A stretch of DNA of 32,000 nt. Origin: Morganella psychrotolerans (lineage in GTDB: Bacteria > Pseudomonadota > Gammaproteobacteria > Enterobacterales > Enterobacteriaceae). Within the stretch, counting starts at the first letter, position 1. Every line of letters starts with the position of its first letter. The translations under genes were made by a program, and so were the position numbers. Location: assembly GCF_001676155.1 (NCBI RefSeq), contig NZ_LZEW01000004.1:13848-45847 (forward strand), written 5' to 3'. Shown here piece after piece: positions 1-8,684 of the stretch. The notes under the pieces are model-generated. The model made no database searches. It was not told where the DNA came from and saw only the letters and a program-made list of their open reading frames with translations.

Positions 1-844
1 TATCTGGGGAATAGCCCCGGTTTATTTCAAAATGATCAAAGAAGTCCCCGCAGATGAAATCCTGACACACCGGGTCATCTGGTCATTCTTTTTTATGATC
101 CTGCTTATCACTGTGTCGCGCCAGTGGCCACGCATCCGCCTGATTTTGCGTCAGCCGAAAAAGCTGCTGATCCTCGCGGTTACCGCCTGTACCATTGCGT
201 CGAACTGGCTGATTTATATCTGGGCGGTGAACCATGATCATATGCTGGAAGCCAGCCTGGGATACTTTATTAATCCGCTGGTAAACGTGCTGTTCGGGAT
301 GCTTTTCCTGGGTGAACGCTTCCGCCGTCTGCAATGGTTTGCGGTTTCTCTCGCCTGCACCGGCGTGCTTATCCAGCTCTGGCAGTTCGGAACAGTGCCG
401 GTCATCGGGCTGAGCCTGGCAATGACATTCGGCGTATATGGCTTACTGCGTAAAAAACTGGGCGTGGATGCACAAGGCGGTATGCTGATTGAAACCCTGT
501 GGCTGCTGCCGGTTGCCTGTGTTTATCTGCTTTTCTTCGCCGACAGTGCCACCAGCAATATGACACTCAATCCGCTGACACTGAATCTGCTGCTGATTGC
601 TGCCGGTATTATCACCACTGTACCACTGCTGCTGTTTACAGAAGCAGCTAATCATCTGCGCCTCTCTACGCTGGGCTTTTTCCAGTATATCGGACCGACA
701 CTGATGTTTGTTCTGGCGACAATGGTGTACGGTGAGGCGATTTCAACGGAACGGTTAATCACATTTGCCTTTATCTGGGCGGGTCTGATTGTCTTCACAC
801 TGGATGCACTCTATACCCAGCGCTACCGCTACAGAAAAGCGTAA
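1..844 (+). CDS. rarD: RarD (EamA/DMT-family permease), 5' end truncated by the window edge
   Basis: The frame is open from base 1 (IWGIAPVYFKMIKEVPADEILTHRVIWSFFF...). It is near-colinear with E. coli RarD, including HMLEASLGYFINPL, LGERFRR and LSTLGFFQYIGPTLMF. The ATG at 32 is internal. Confidence 0.9.
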   Translation, partial: IWGIAPVYFKMIKEVPADEILTHRVIWSFFFMILLITVSRQWPRIRLILRQPKKLLILAVTACTIASNWLIYIWAVNHDHMLEASLGYFINPLVNVLFGMLFLGERFRRLQWFAVSLACTGVLIQLWQFGTVPVIGLSLAMTFGVYGLLRKKLGVDAQGGMLIETLWLLPVACVYLLFFADSATSNMTLNPLTLNLLLIAAGIITTVPLLLFTEAANHLRLSTLGFFQYIGPTLMFVLATMVYGEAISTERLITFAFIWAGLIVFTLDALYTQRYRYRKA

Positions 845-911
845 TTTATCATGCCGCACTGATACTTGTGATTAGTGCGGCAGTCGGTGAAAAACGAAGG
901 GAGGCAAACTC

Positions 912-1421
912 ATGGAATGGATACATAATCATCTGGCGATATTGCACAGCCATCCTGTCTGGCTGTTATTAATCCTGTTTTTTATCGCGCTGAGTAAATC
1001 GACCATCATTCTGTCGTCAGTATTGCCACCCGCGTCCGTGATGCTGATGACGGTCGTCACCCTGGCATTTCCCGTGGTTCCGGTTGTGATTATCTGGCTG
1101 GTCATCACCCTGGGGGCTACCGGCGGCTCACTGCTTTCATACTATCTCGGCAGAATTATTGTCACCCGTAACTATTTTCCCGGGCTGATGGCAAAATATC
1201 ATGTCGCGCTCGGGAAAGCACAAAACCGATTACAAAACAGCGGATTGGTTATTTTATTTACATCGCGGTTTATTGCCGTACTGCGCTATCTGATCCCGAT
1301 GGCAGCAGGGTTACTGCGCTTTTCCCACACCAGGGTGCTGCTTACCTGCCTGCTCTCCGCCGGGGTCTGGACTGCCCTTTATATGCTGATTGCCAAGGGC
1401 ATATCATTTACCTTTTTCTGA
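912..1421 (+). CDS. Small polytopic inner-membrane protein, DedA/VTT-domain-like
   Basis: 169-aa ORF with an AGGGAGG Shine-Dalgarno about 8 nt upstream. It is hydrophobic with multiple TM segments. DedA-like motifs are present: GATGGSLLSYYLGR and FTSRFIAVLRYLIPMAAGLL. There is no counterpart at this position in E. coli. Confidence 0.6.
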   Translation: MEWIHNHLAILHSHPVWLLLILFFIALSKSTIILSSVLPPASVMLMTVVTLAFPVVPVVIIWLVITLGATGGSLLSYYLGRIIVTRNYFPGLMAKYHVALGKAQNRLQNSGLVILFTSRFIAVLRYLIPMAAGLLRFSHTRVLLTCLLSAGVWTALYMLIAKGISFTFF

Positions 1422-1441
1422 TACCGTTTTCTGACGTCTGC

Positions 1442-2392
1442 TTACAGCCAGTTCTTACGTTTGAAATAGAGATACGGTGCAAGTGCCGCCACAAACATAA
1501 TTCCGATAGCCGCCGGATAGCCCATCGCCCAGTCCAGTTCAGGCATAAACCTAAAGTTCATCCCGTAGCTGGAGGCAACCAGCGTTGGTGGCAGGAAGAC
1601 CACAGATACCACGGAGAAGATTTTGATGATGCGGCTTTGCTCAATATTCATAAAGCCCATCGCCGCCTGCATCAGGAAGTTAACCTTCTGAAAGAGCGAT
1701 TCGTTATGCGGCAGCAGGGATTCAATATCGCGCAGGATCTCGCGTGCCTGCTCCAGCTGATTAACCGGCAGGCGTGTGCGGCGGACTAAAAAGTTCAGTG
1801 CGCGCTGTGTATCCATCAGACACAAACGCACTTTCCAGCCGATATCTTCCTGCACCGCCAGATTAGACAGCGCCTTATCAAACGCATCATCCTGCTTGCC
1901 TTTCATAATGGCGCGGCTGAGGGATTCCAGTTCACTGTAGATATTTTCAATCACATCTGCGAGCTGTTCAATTTTGGTTTCAAACAAATCCAGCAGAATT
2001 TCGTATCCGTTGCCGTCCAGCATGGTCTGCTTGCGGGCGCGCATGCGGTAAAGACGAAACGCGGGCAGCTCACGTTCGCGCAGGGTATATAAACGCCCGT
2101 CGCGCAGCGTAAACGCCACGGTTGAGTTTCCGGCGTGATCGTCCGCATCCTCGTAATAGAAAAAGGAGTGAACATGCAGACCGTCATCATCTTCAAAGAA
2201 ACGGGCGGATGCTTCGATATCATCCAGCTCCGGGCTGGTCGCCAGCTCCTGGTTTAACTGTGCCTGGATAAAGGCACGTTCGCTCTCTTCCGGTTCGGAA
2301 ACATCCACCCACAGCGCATCAGCAAGGGTATCACCCTCTTCTAAATCAAGACGGTGTAAACGCTTATTATCAACTCTAAATGCGCTCAGCAT
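1442..2392 (-). CDS. corA: Magnesium/cobalt transporter CorA
   Basis: 316 aa, the same length as E. coli CorA. It starts MLSAF, carries the YGMNF (GMN) signature and ends [10 protein letters not shown]. Confidence 0.97.
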   Translation of the reverse strand: MLSAFRVDNKRLHRLDLEEGDTLADALWVDVSEPEESERAFIQAQLNQELATSPELDDIEASARFFEDDDGLHVHSFFYYEDADDHAGNSTVAFTLRDGRLYTLRERELPAFRLYRMRARKQTMLDGNGYEILLDLFETKIEQLADVIENIYSELESLSRAIMKGKQDDAFDKALSNLAVQEDIGWKVRLCLMDTQRALNFLVRRTRLPVNQLEQAREILRDIESLLPHNESLFQKVNFLMQAAMGFMNIEQSRIIKIFSVVSVVFLPPTLVASSYGMNFRFMPELDWAMGYPAAIGIMFVAALAPYLYFKRKNWL

Positions 2393-2451
2393 AGTGTGTG
2401 GCCTCCGGGAGCGTCGGGAAAAGAAAAAGTGTGCGCATGGTATGCGCAGAT

Positions 2452-2490
2452 GAAAAAGGGTGTCAACCGCTTATTCGCGAATTGACACCG
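2452..2490 (-). terminator. Intrinsic terminator downstream of uvrD
   Basis: On the minus strand, an 8-bp GGTGTCAA/TTGACACC stem with 3 further inner GC pairs is followed by CTTTTT. It lies 16 nt after the uvrD stop. Confidence 0.6.
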
Positions 2491-2505
2491 CTTCTCTGCC
2501 GGTGA

Positions 2506-4668
2506 TCAGGGTTTTACGAGTTTTGCATAGGAGGCAACCAGCCATTTGATCCCCTCGCCCTGAAACGCAATCTGCAGGCGGCAGTGCTCGCCGCTGCCTT
2601 CCATATTGATGATGGTGCCTTCGCCAAATTTATCATGGCGGACACGCTGCCCGAGGGTATAACCGCTGTCATTGGCGGTGATCGGCGTGCCGAGCCGCTG
2701 ATGATTCACAGGGCGGGAAACCGTGGCACGCAGGCGCACCTCTTCCACACATTCCGGCGGCAGTTCACCGATAAACCGTGACGGGCGGTGATACACTTCT
2801 TTGCCGTACAGACGACGGGTTTCTGCATACGTCAGGGTTAATTTCTGCATGGCACGGGTCACGCCGACATACGCGAGACGCCGCTCTTCTTCCAGGCGTC
2901 CGCTCTCCTCCATCGACATCATACCCGGGAACATGCCCTCTTCGACACCGACGATAAAGACCTGCGGGAACTCAAGCCCTTTTGCCGAGTGCAGCGTCAT
3001 CAGCTGAACCGCGTCCTGATAAGCATCTGCCTGGCTTTCGCCGGACTCCAGCGCCGCATGAGATAAGAATGCCTGAAGCGGCGTAAGCCCTTCATCCGCA
3101 TCCTGATAACTGAACTGATTTGTTGCCGTCACCAGCTCTTCTAAGTTTTCGATACGTGCCTGGGCTTTTTCGCCTTTTTCCTGCTCATAATGCGCGCGCA
3201 GACCGGAATCGCGGATCACACGGTCAGCCTGTACATGCAGCGGCAGTCCGTCCGTTTCCTGTGCCAGCAGGTTAATCAGCTCAATAAAACGCCCCAGTGC
3301 AGATGCCGCACGACCTGCCAGCGCCCGCTCTTCCAGCAGAGCACCACAACTGTCCCAGAGAGTAAGCTGTCGATCACGGGCGGTCTGGCGCACCACATCC
3401 AGTGTGCGGTCGCCGATACCACGGGTCGGCGTATTCACCACGCGCTCAAAAGCCGCATCATCATGGCGGTTGGACATCAGGCGCAGATACGCAAGGGCAT
3501 CTTTGATTTCCTGGCGTTCAAAGAAGCGCTGACCGCCGTATATGCGGTACGGCATTGCCGCCTGTAACAGTGCCTCTTCCTGCTGACGGGACTGGGCGTT
3601 GCTGCGGTATAAAATCGCGCAATCTGCCAGTGCTCCGCCGTTTTCATGCCACTGTTTGATCCGACTCACCACATAACGGGCTTCATCGAGATCATTAAAT
3701 GCACAGTAAAGCGAAATCAGCTCGCCATCTTCGCCATCCGTCCAAAGATTTTTCCCCAGCCTGTCACTATTGTGAGAAATCAGAGCGTTAGCCGCTTTCA
3801 GGATATTATTGGTGGAGCGGTAATTCTGCTCCAGGCGGATAGTGGTTGCCCCGGGGAAATCTTTCAGGAAGTGCTGAATGTTTTCAACCTGCGCCCCGCG
3901 CCAGCCATAGATTGACTGATCATCATCCCCGACAATCATCACTTTGCCGGTATCGCCCGCCAGCATTCTTATCCAGGCGTACTGAATACTGTTGGTGTCC
4001 TGGAACTCATCCACCAGAATATTAGTAAAACGGTTGCGGTAGTGCTGCAAAATAGCCGGTTTATTCAGCCACAATTCGTGGGCGCGCAGCAGTAATTCGG
4101 CAAAATCCACCAGCCCGGCACGATCACAGGCTTCCTGATAAGCCTGATAAACCTTCAGCCAGGTGGCTTCAATTGGATTACCATAACTTTCAATATGTTG
4201 CGGGCGCAGACCTTCGTCTTTTTTCCCGTTGATGTACCAGGAGCCTTGTTTGGCAGGCCACTGTTTTTCATCAAGATTCATGGCTTTTATCAGGCGGCGG
4301 ATCAGACGGATCTGGTCGTCGCTGTCGAGGATCTGAAAATCCTGCGGCAGCCCGGCGTCAAGATGGTGCGCCCGTAACAAACGGTGCGCCAGGCCGTGGA
4401 ACGTACCAATCCACATGCCGCCTTCACTGGTACCGACCAGCCCTTCAACACGGTGGCGCATCTCTGCTGCCGCCTTGTTGGTAAATGTGACCGATATAAT
4501 GGAAAAAGGAGACGCATTCTCCACCGCCATCAGCCAGGCGATACGGTGAACCAGTACCCGGGTTTTTCCGGACCCGGCCCCCGCCAGAATCAGCATGTTT
4601 GAGCGGGGAGCTGCCACCGCATCACGCTGTTTATCATTCAGGCCTTCAAGCAGATAAGAGACGTCCAT
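2506..4668 (-). CDS. uvrD: DNA helicase II UvrD
   Basis: Colinear with E. coli UvrD from MDVSYLL... onward, with Walker A GAGSGKT, DEFQDTN and the C-terminal GEGTI..MEGSGEH region. The ORF opens at 4680, but the conserved start MDVSYLL corresponds to the ATG at 4668. Confidence 0.96.
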   Translation of the reverse strand: MDVSYLLEGLNDKQRDAVAAPRSNMLILAGAGSGKTRVLVHRIAWLMAVENASPFSIISVTFTNKAAAEMRHRVEGLVGTSEGGMWIGTFHGLAHRLLRAHHLDAGLPQDFQILDSDDQIRLIRRLIKAMNLDEKQWPAKQGSWYINGKKDEGLRPQHIESYGNPIEATWLKVYQAYQEACDRAGLVDFAELLLRAHELWLNKPAILQHYRNRFTNILVDEFQDTNSIQYAWIRMLAGDTGKVMIVGDDDQSIYGWRGAQVENIQHFLKDFPGATTIRLEQNYRSTNNILKAANALISHNSDRLGKNLWTDGEDGELISLYCAFNDLDEARYVVSRIKQWHENGGALADCAILYRSNAQSRQQEEALLQAAMPYRIYGGQRFFERQEIKDALAYLRLMSNRHDDAAFERVVNTPTRGIGDRTLDVVRQTARDRQLTLWDSCGALLEERALAGRAASALGRFIELINLLAQETDGLPLHVQADRVIRDSGLRAHYEQEKGEKAQARIENLEELVTATNQFSYQDADEGLTPLQAFLSHAALESGESQADAYQDAVQLMTLHSAKGLEFPQVFIVGVEEGMFPGMMSMEESGRLEEERRLAYVGVTRAMQKLTLTYAETRRLYGKEVYHRPSRFIGELPPECVEEVRLRATVSRPVNHQRLGTPITANDSGYTLGQRVRHDKFGEGTIINMEGSGEHCRLQIAFQGEGIKWLVASYAKLVKP

Positions 4669-4714
4669 AATTTCCATCAATGGTTGTTCGGCTGTCGCCG
4701 CGAGAGAAAGAACG

Positions 4715-4742
4715 CCTCCCCGGCCGTTTTATGCCGGGGAGG
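4715..4742 (-). terminator. GC-rich hairpin: yigB operon terminator and uvrD leader attenuator
   Basis: 10-bp perfect stem CCTCCCCGGC/GCCGGGGAGG with an 8-nt loop. On the minus strand it is followed by a U/C-rich tail (CGUUCUUUCUCUC). It sits between the LexA box and the uvrD ATG. Confidence 0.6.
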
Positions 4743-4743
4743 A

Positions 4744-4759
4744 CTGTTTTTTTATACAG
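4744..4759 (-). promoter_or_regulatory. LexA (SOS) box of the uvrD promoter
   Basis: CTG-N10-CAG palindrome (CTGTATAAAAAAACAG on the minus strand). It lies immediately downstream of a perfect TATAAT (4765-4770) that has TTGGAT 16 nt upstream. E. coli uvrD is LexA-regulated at an equivalent site. Confidence 0.6.
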
Positions 4760-4765
4760 ATAAAA

Positions 4766-5482
4766 TTATAACAGTCCGACTAAAGAATCCAACTGTGTAA
4801 TTTCAATATGCGGCAAAAGGCGGGTTTCGGCATCATGATAGACATCGCGCCCGTCAAGATTTATCCAGCAGGTCTGCATTCCGCTGCGCAGTGCGCCTTC
4901 CACATCCGTATTCAGATTATCGCCGACATGCAGTATGTTGGCGGGTGGCAGCATCAGGCGCTGAGCAGCGGTCTGATACATATCACAGAAAGGCTTTGAG
5001 CGTCCGTCAGCACCGGCTCTGAGGACAAAGGTGAAATAATCTGCCAGTCCGCATTTTTCCGGCTCCATGTTGCCGTTGGTGATCGCCGCCAGCGGGATTT
5101 TTTCAGCCAGCAACGCGAGAGTGTCATGGGTGGATTGCGGCACATCAATACGGCTGCGCCACTGTGCAAAATGATCCATAACAGCATCCGTACCGGTCTG
5201 TGCCAGTGCTGCGGTATAGCCGTAATGCAGAAAAAAGGAGCGCCAGGAAAGCATACGCCAGCGGCTGACATCATGATAAATATCCGGATGCTGCCGACGC
5301 ACCCGGTTACGGAAGACAGTAATATAATCCGCAGGTAACTCACTGAAACGCGGGTCATACTGACGGATAAACGCAGTTACTGCCTCTTCGGTTTTATCCA
5401 TCACCGGACGATTATCATACAGCGTATCGTCAAGATCAAAGGTCATGGCGCGGACAGGTAAAAGGGGACGGTAAAAACGCAT
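4766..5482 (-). CDS. yigB: HAD-family phosphatase YigB (5-amino-6-(5-phospho-D-ribitylamino)uracil phosphatase)
   Basis: 238 aa, the same length as E. coli YigB. Matches include MRFYRPL, FDLDDTLYDN, ITNGN, RSKPF and LHVGD. Confidence 0.93.
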   Translation of the reverse strand: MRFYRPLLPVRAMTFDLDDTLYDNRPVMDKTEEAVTAFIRQYDPRFSELPADYITVFRNRVRRQHPDIYHDVSRWRMLSWRSFFLHYGYTAALAQTGTDAVMDHFAQWRSRIDVPQSTHDTLALLAEKIPLAAITNGNMEPEKCGLADYFTFVLRAGADGRSKPFCDMYQTAAQRLMLPPANILHVGDNLNTDVEGALRSGMQTCWINLDGRDVYHDAETRLLPHIEITQLDSLVGLL

Positions 5483-6399
5483 CAGGGTTTTCCTCGTTTG
5501 GCGCGCGGATGTGCAACATCATACACATTGGCAAGATGCTGAAAGTCCAGATGGGTATAAATTTGTGTGGTGGACAGATTCGCGTGCCCCAGCAATTCCT
5601 GTACCGCGCGCAGGTCGCCGCTCGATTCCAGAATATGTGTTGCAAATGAATGACGCAGTTTATGCGGATTAAGATGGCTGTTCAGCCCCTGATGCATACC
5701 CCAGTATTCAAAACGTTTCTGCACATTGCGCCCGGAAATCCGTTTGCCGCTTTTGGTGGAGATAAATATCGCCGTGGAGTCCGGATCATACAGTTCACGC
5801 AGTTCCAGCCAGCGCTCAAGGCAACTGACTGCCATCCGCCCGAGCGGGACTTTGCGCTCTTTGCTGCCTTTCCCCAGCACCCGGACCTCACCGCCTGCCA
5901 AATCAATATCACCGGTATTCAGTCCGACCAGCTCAGACAGCCGCAATCCCGCGCCGTACATCACTTCCAGCATGGTGCGGTCACGTACGGTCAGCGGATC
6001 ATTGCTTTCTATGTCCATCAGGCGGGTGATGTCATCGACATCCATATTTTTCGGCAGATGACGCCCCTGTTTCGGCGCGCTGACCGCTTTTGCCGGGTTC
6101 GCGGACATCTCACCACAACTGACCCGCCAGTCCAGGAATGAGCGCAGGGAAGAGAGGCGCAGCGCTAGGCTTGCCGGCTGTAACCCGGTACGGCGGCTTT
6201 TTGCCGCCAGCATCCGGACGGTTGCCGGTTCGAGTTGCACCCAGTCGGTGATTTTGCTGCTGATCATCATCCCGGCAAGTGTTGTGAGCTGCCGCCGGTA
6301 GTTTGTGATAGTCACCGGGCTTAACCGGCGCTCAACCCGCAGATATTGCAAAAACTGCTCCACGGGTACGAGCAATTGTTCTGTTGGTGTGCCGGTCAT
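5482..6399 (-). CDS. xerC: Tyrosine recombinase XerC
   Basis: 305 aa with the catalytic-region motifs [10 protein letters not shown] and [15 protein letters not shown]. It has a TGATG overlap with yigB and an ATGA overlap with yigA, and sits in the conserved dapF-yigA-xerC-yigB context. Confidence 0.95.
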   Translation of the reverse strand: MTGTPTEQLLVPVEQFLQYLRVERRLSPVTITNYRRQLTTLAGMMISSKITDWVQLEPATVRMLAAKSRRTGLQPASLALRLSSLRSFLDWRVSCGEMSANPAKAVSAPKQGRHLPKNMDVDDITRLMDIESNDPLTVRDRTMLEVMYGAGLRLSELVGLNTGDIDLAGGEVRVLGKGSKERKVPLGRMAVSCLERWLELRELYDPDSTAIFISTKSGKRISGRNVQKRFEYWGMHQGLNSHLNPHKLRHSFATHILESSGDLRAVQELLGHANLSTTQIYTHLDFQHLANVYDVAHPRAKRGKP

Positions 6400-7112
6400 G
6401 CCAGTTCTGCCCAGCGTTGCAGCAATTGCGGCAGGAAATACGCGACCTGATCCAGCATCGCCGTACCCATGCCGTTATGGTAATGCTCTTTATCACGGCT
6501 GACGAATACCACCACACCGAGGTCATGTTGTGCGCCGAGCAACGACACCGCCGCCGAACCGACAAAAGCACTGTCCGGCAGCAGCAGCTGAATTTCAGGT
6601 GCAGTCAGACGACCGAGAAAGTGGTTGCGATCACCAAAACGGGAAAGTCGCATCGTTTCAAAATGTGAGCGGGACAGTGCCAGTTCCTGATTGCGGAACG
6701 GCGCACCCAGACGCCAGCAATCCGAAAACAGACGGATCCGCGCATGACTGAGTTTCAGGCTCTTTGCCCAGATATTCAGACGTTCAGAAAAATCATCGAG
6801 TGACGTGGCAGCAGAAAGAGAGGCCAGAAGTTTGAGAAGACGCGAGAACAGTTGTTCATTTTCCCCGGCCGCCATCATCAGCTGAGCCAGGTCATCCGTC
6901 AGGGTATCAATCCGGTTACGCTGACGCCCCAGTTGCCATTCAACCAAAGAAACCGCCCCTTTTACCGGATGTGGGATACTCATTTCTGCAATCTGTGAGG
7001 CGTTGCGGATAAAGAAATCCGGATGTGCTTTCAGGTACGCGAGAACGGCGGCATCATCCGGTTCACGCAGACGTTCAGCCTGCGTGGCAGCCGTATCCTG
7101 TAGACTGTCCAT
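6396..7112 (-). CDS. yigA: DUF484-family protein YigA
   Basis: 238 aa. It resembles E. coli YigA ([19 protein letters not shown]...LALSR) and occupies the conserved operon position. Confidence 0.88.
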   Translation of the reverse strand: MDSLQDTAATQAERLREPDDAAVLAYLKAHPDFFIRNASQIAEMSIPHPVKGAVSLVEWQLGRQRNRIDTLTDDLAQLMMAAGENEQLFSRLLKLLASLSAATSLDDFSERLNIWAKSLKLSHARIRLFSDCWRLGAPFRNQELALSRSHFETMRLSRFGDRNHFLGRLTAPEIQLLLPDSAFVGSAAVSLLGAQHDLGVVVFVSRDKEHYHNGMGTAMLDQVAYFLPQLLQRWAELA

Positions 7113-7136
7113 CGATATTCATCCTCTTTATGACAT

Positions 7137-7961
7137 TTAAAGATGGATAACACCATCAAATACATGGGTGGCGGGACCGGTCATAAACAGCGGTTTCCCC
7201 TCGCCTTCCCAACTGATAAACAGGCGTCCGCCCGGCAAATCAACCCGGACATTGTCCGACAATAATCCCTGACGGATCCCGACAGCCACTGCCGCACAGG
7301 CACCACTTCCGCAGGCCTGTGTTTCGCCCACACCGCGCTCATAAACCCGCAGACGCAGATGATCAGGCGCAAGTATCTGCATAAACCCGATATTCACCCG
7401 CTCCGGAAAACGCTCGTGGCTTTCCAGCACAGGCCCTATCACATCCACTTCGGCTATTTCTGTATTTTCCACCTGGATAACACAGTGCGGATTGCCCATT
7501 GATACCACGCCGCACAAAACAGTGCGCTCTGCTGCGCGGATAATATAGGTTTTTTCTTCTTTCACCGCCCGGAACGGTACCAGTGCAGGATCAAACTCAG
7601 GTACGCCCATATTCACCCGGACATTGTCATCATCCGTGAGACTGAGCACCATCCGCCCTGACTGTGTGCTGACCCGGATATCCCGTTTGTTACTCAGCCC
7701 TTTCAGGCGGACAAACCGGGCGAAACAGCGCGCACCATTACCGCACTGGGCAACTTCGCTGCCGTCTGCATTAAAAATACGGTAGTGAAAATCCAGTTCC
7801 GGATCATAAGGTGCTTCAACCACCAGCAGTTGATCAAAACCAACGCCGGTGTGCCGGTCTGCCAGACGGCAGATAAGCTCCGGTGAAAAATAGATATTCT
7901 GGGTGATGGCATCCACCACCATAAAATCATTGCCCAGACCGTGCATTTTGGTGAACTGCAT
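7137..7961 (-). CDS. dapF: Diaminopimelate epimerase DapF
   Basis: 274 aa, the same length as in E. coli. It starts [12 protein letters not shown] and carries both catalytic Cys motifs (QCGNGARC and ACGSGACA). Confidence 0.97.
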   Translation of the reverse strand: MQFTKMHGLGNDFMVVDAITQNIYFSPELICRLADRHTGVGFDQLLVVEAPYDPELDFHYRIFNADGSEVAQCGNGARCFARFVRLKGLSNKRDIRVSTQSGRMVLSLTDDDNVRVNMGVPEFDPALVPFRAVKEEKTYIIRAAERTVLCGVVSMGNPHCVIQVENTEIAEVDVIGPVLESHERFPERVNIGFMQILAPDHLRLRVYERGVGETQACGSGACAAVAVGIRQGLLSDNVRVDLPGGRLFISWEGEGKPLFMTGPATHVFDGVIHL

Positions 7962-8027
7962 GTTCAGATCCTGTGTATGCGTCAGTAACCGGGGGAGTTC
8001 TCCGGCGGCTATCCGGTGGCTATCCGG

Positions 8028-8222
8028 TCACGGCTGTTTCGTGCTGCCGGTTTCAGCCGCTTTATTCTTTTGTGCAGCCGGCGGCACATCTGCGTTATCA
8101 GCAGGGGCACTTTTCGCCGCGGCAGGCTCTGCCGGCGGGAAGTAAAGCGGGCCTTTCAGTCCGCAGCCGGACAAAGTAAGCAGCATCACAGCGGACGCCG
8201 CACAGATCATTTTTTTATTCAT
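8028..8222 (-). CDS. lptM: Small lipoprotein LptM (YifL)
   Basis: 64 aa with a signal peptide and lipobox LSGC followed by GLKGPLYFP, as in E. coli YifL. It lies immediately upstream of dapF. Confidence 0.85.
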   Translation of the reverse strand: MNKKMICAASAVMLLTLSGCGLKGPLYFPPAEPAAAKSAPADNADVPPAAQKNKAAETGSTKQP

Positions 8223-8301
8223 TTACAGTCATGCCTGTTAATCATCGGTCAATACCCTCTATAATCGCAGTTAGATGTCGAAAAGCAAATAGGAAATGAC
8301 G

Positions 8302-8619
8302 ATGAACGATACAGAATTTCACCAGACAGCCGATGTTCTGATGCAGGATATTGAAGATAAATTAGATAATTACGACGGCGACGCTGATATTGACTGCGAA
8401 ACCAATGGCGGCGTAATGACTCTGAGCTTTGAAAATGGCTCAAAAATTATTATCAACCGGCAGGAAGCATTTCATCAGATCTGGCTGGCAGCCCGTAACG
8501 GCGGCTATCACTTTAGTCTGAAATCAGATAAATGGATTTGTGATCGCAGCGGCGGGGAGTTTTTTACCATGCTGTCAGAGGCGGTCAGCGAACAGAGTGG
8601 TGAAGCCTTCCGCTTCTGA
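8302..8619 (+). CDS. cyaY: Frataxin homologue CyaY (iron-sulfur cluster assembly)
   Basis: MNDTEFH...[28 protein letters not shown] is colinear with E. coli CyaY. The ORF opens at 8296, but the conserved start is the ATG at 8302. Confidence 0.93.
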   Translation: MNDTEFHQTADVLMQDIEDKLDNYDGDADIDCETNGGVMTLSFENGSKIIINRQEAFHQIWLAARNGGYHFSLKSDKWICDRSGGEFFTMLSEAVSEQSGEAFRF

Positions 8620-8641
8620 CACCCGCAGACATTACAGACTG

Positions 8642-8675
8642 ACGGCACAGGTTGATGGTACAAAACCTGTGCCGT
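8642..8675. terminator. Hairpin between the convergent genes cyaY and cyaA
   Basis: 12-bp perfect stem ACGGCACAGGTT/AACCTGTGCCGT with a 10-nt loop. There is no U-tract on either side, so terminator function is inferred from its position only. Confidence 0.4.
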
Positions 8676-8684
8676 TGCACAACA

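Noticed and set aside
853-881. 8-bp stem hairpin (GCCGCACT/AGTGCGGC) after rarD as a terminator
   Set aside because: It has a 13-nt loop and no downstream U-tract, and the next gene starts 31 nt later in the same orientation. This is insufficient to call a terminator.
3190-3567. Numerous 60-175-aa ORFs antisense to or nested in uvrD, xerC, hemX, hemY, rffH, rffG and others (for example 3190-3567, 5650-6141, 13589-14053, 15749-16141, 24051-24575, 25308-25802)
   Set aside because: All lie entirely inside strongly conserved genes on the opposite strand or in another frame. They have biased, nonsense-like composition and lack RBSs, so they are typical shadow ORFs.
5482-6399. A tyrosine recombinase as a possible marker of a prophage or integrative element
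   Set aside because: It is the housekeeping XerC in its conserved dapF-yigA-xerC-yigB operon, with overlapping junctions. There are no flanking att-like repeats or phage genes.
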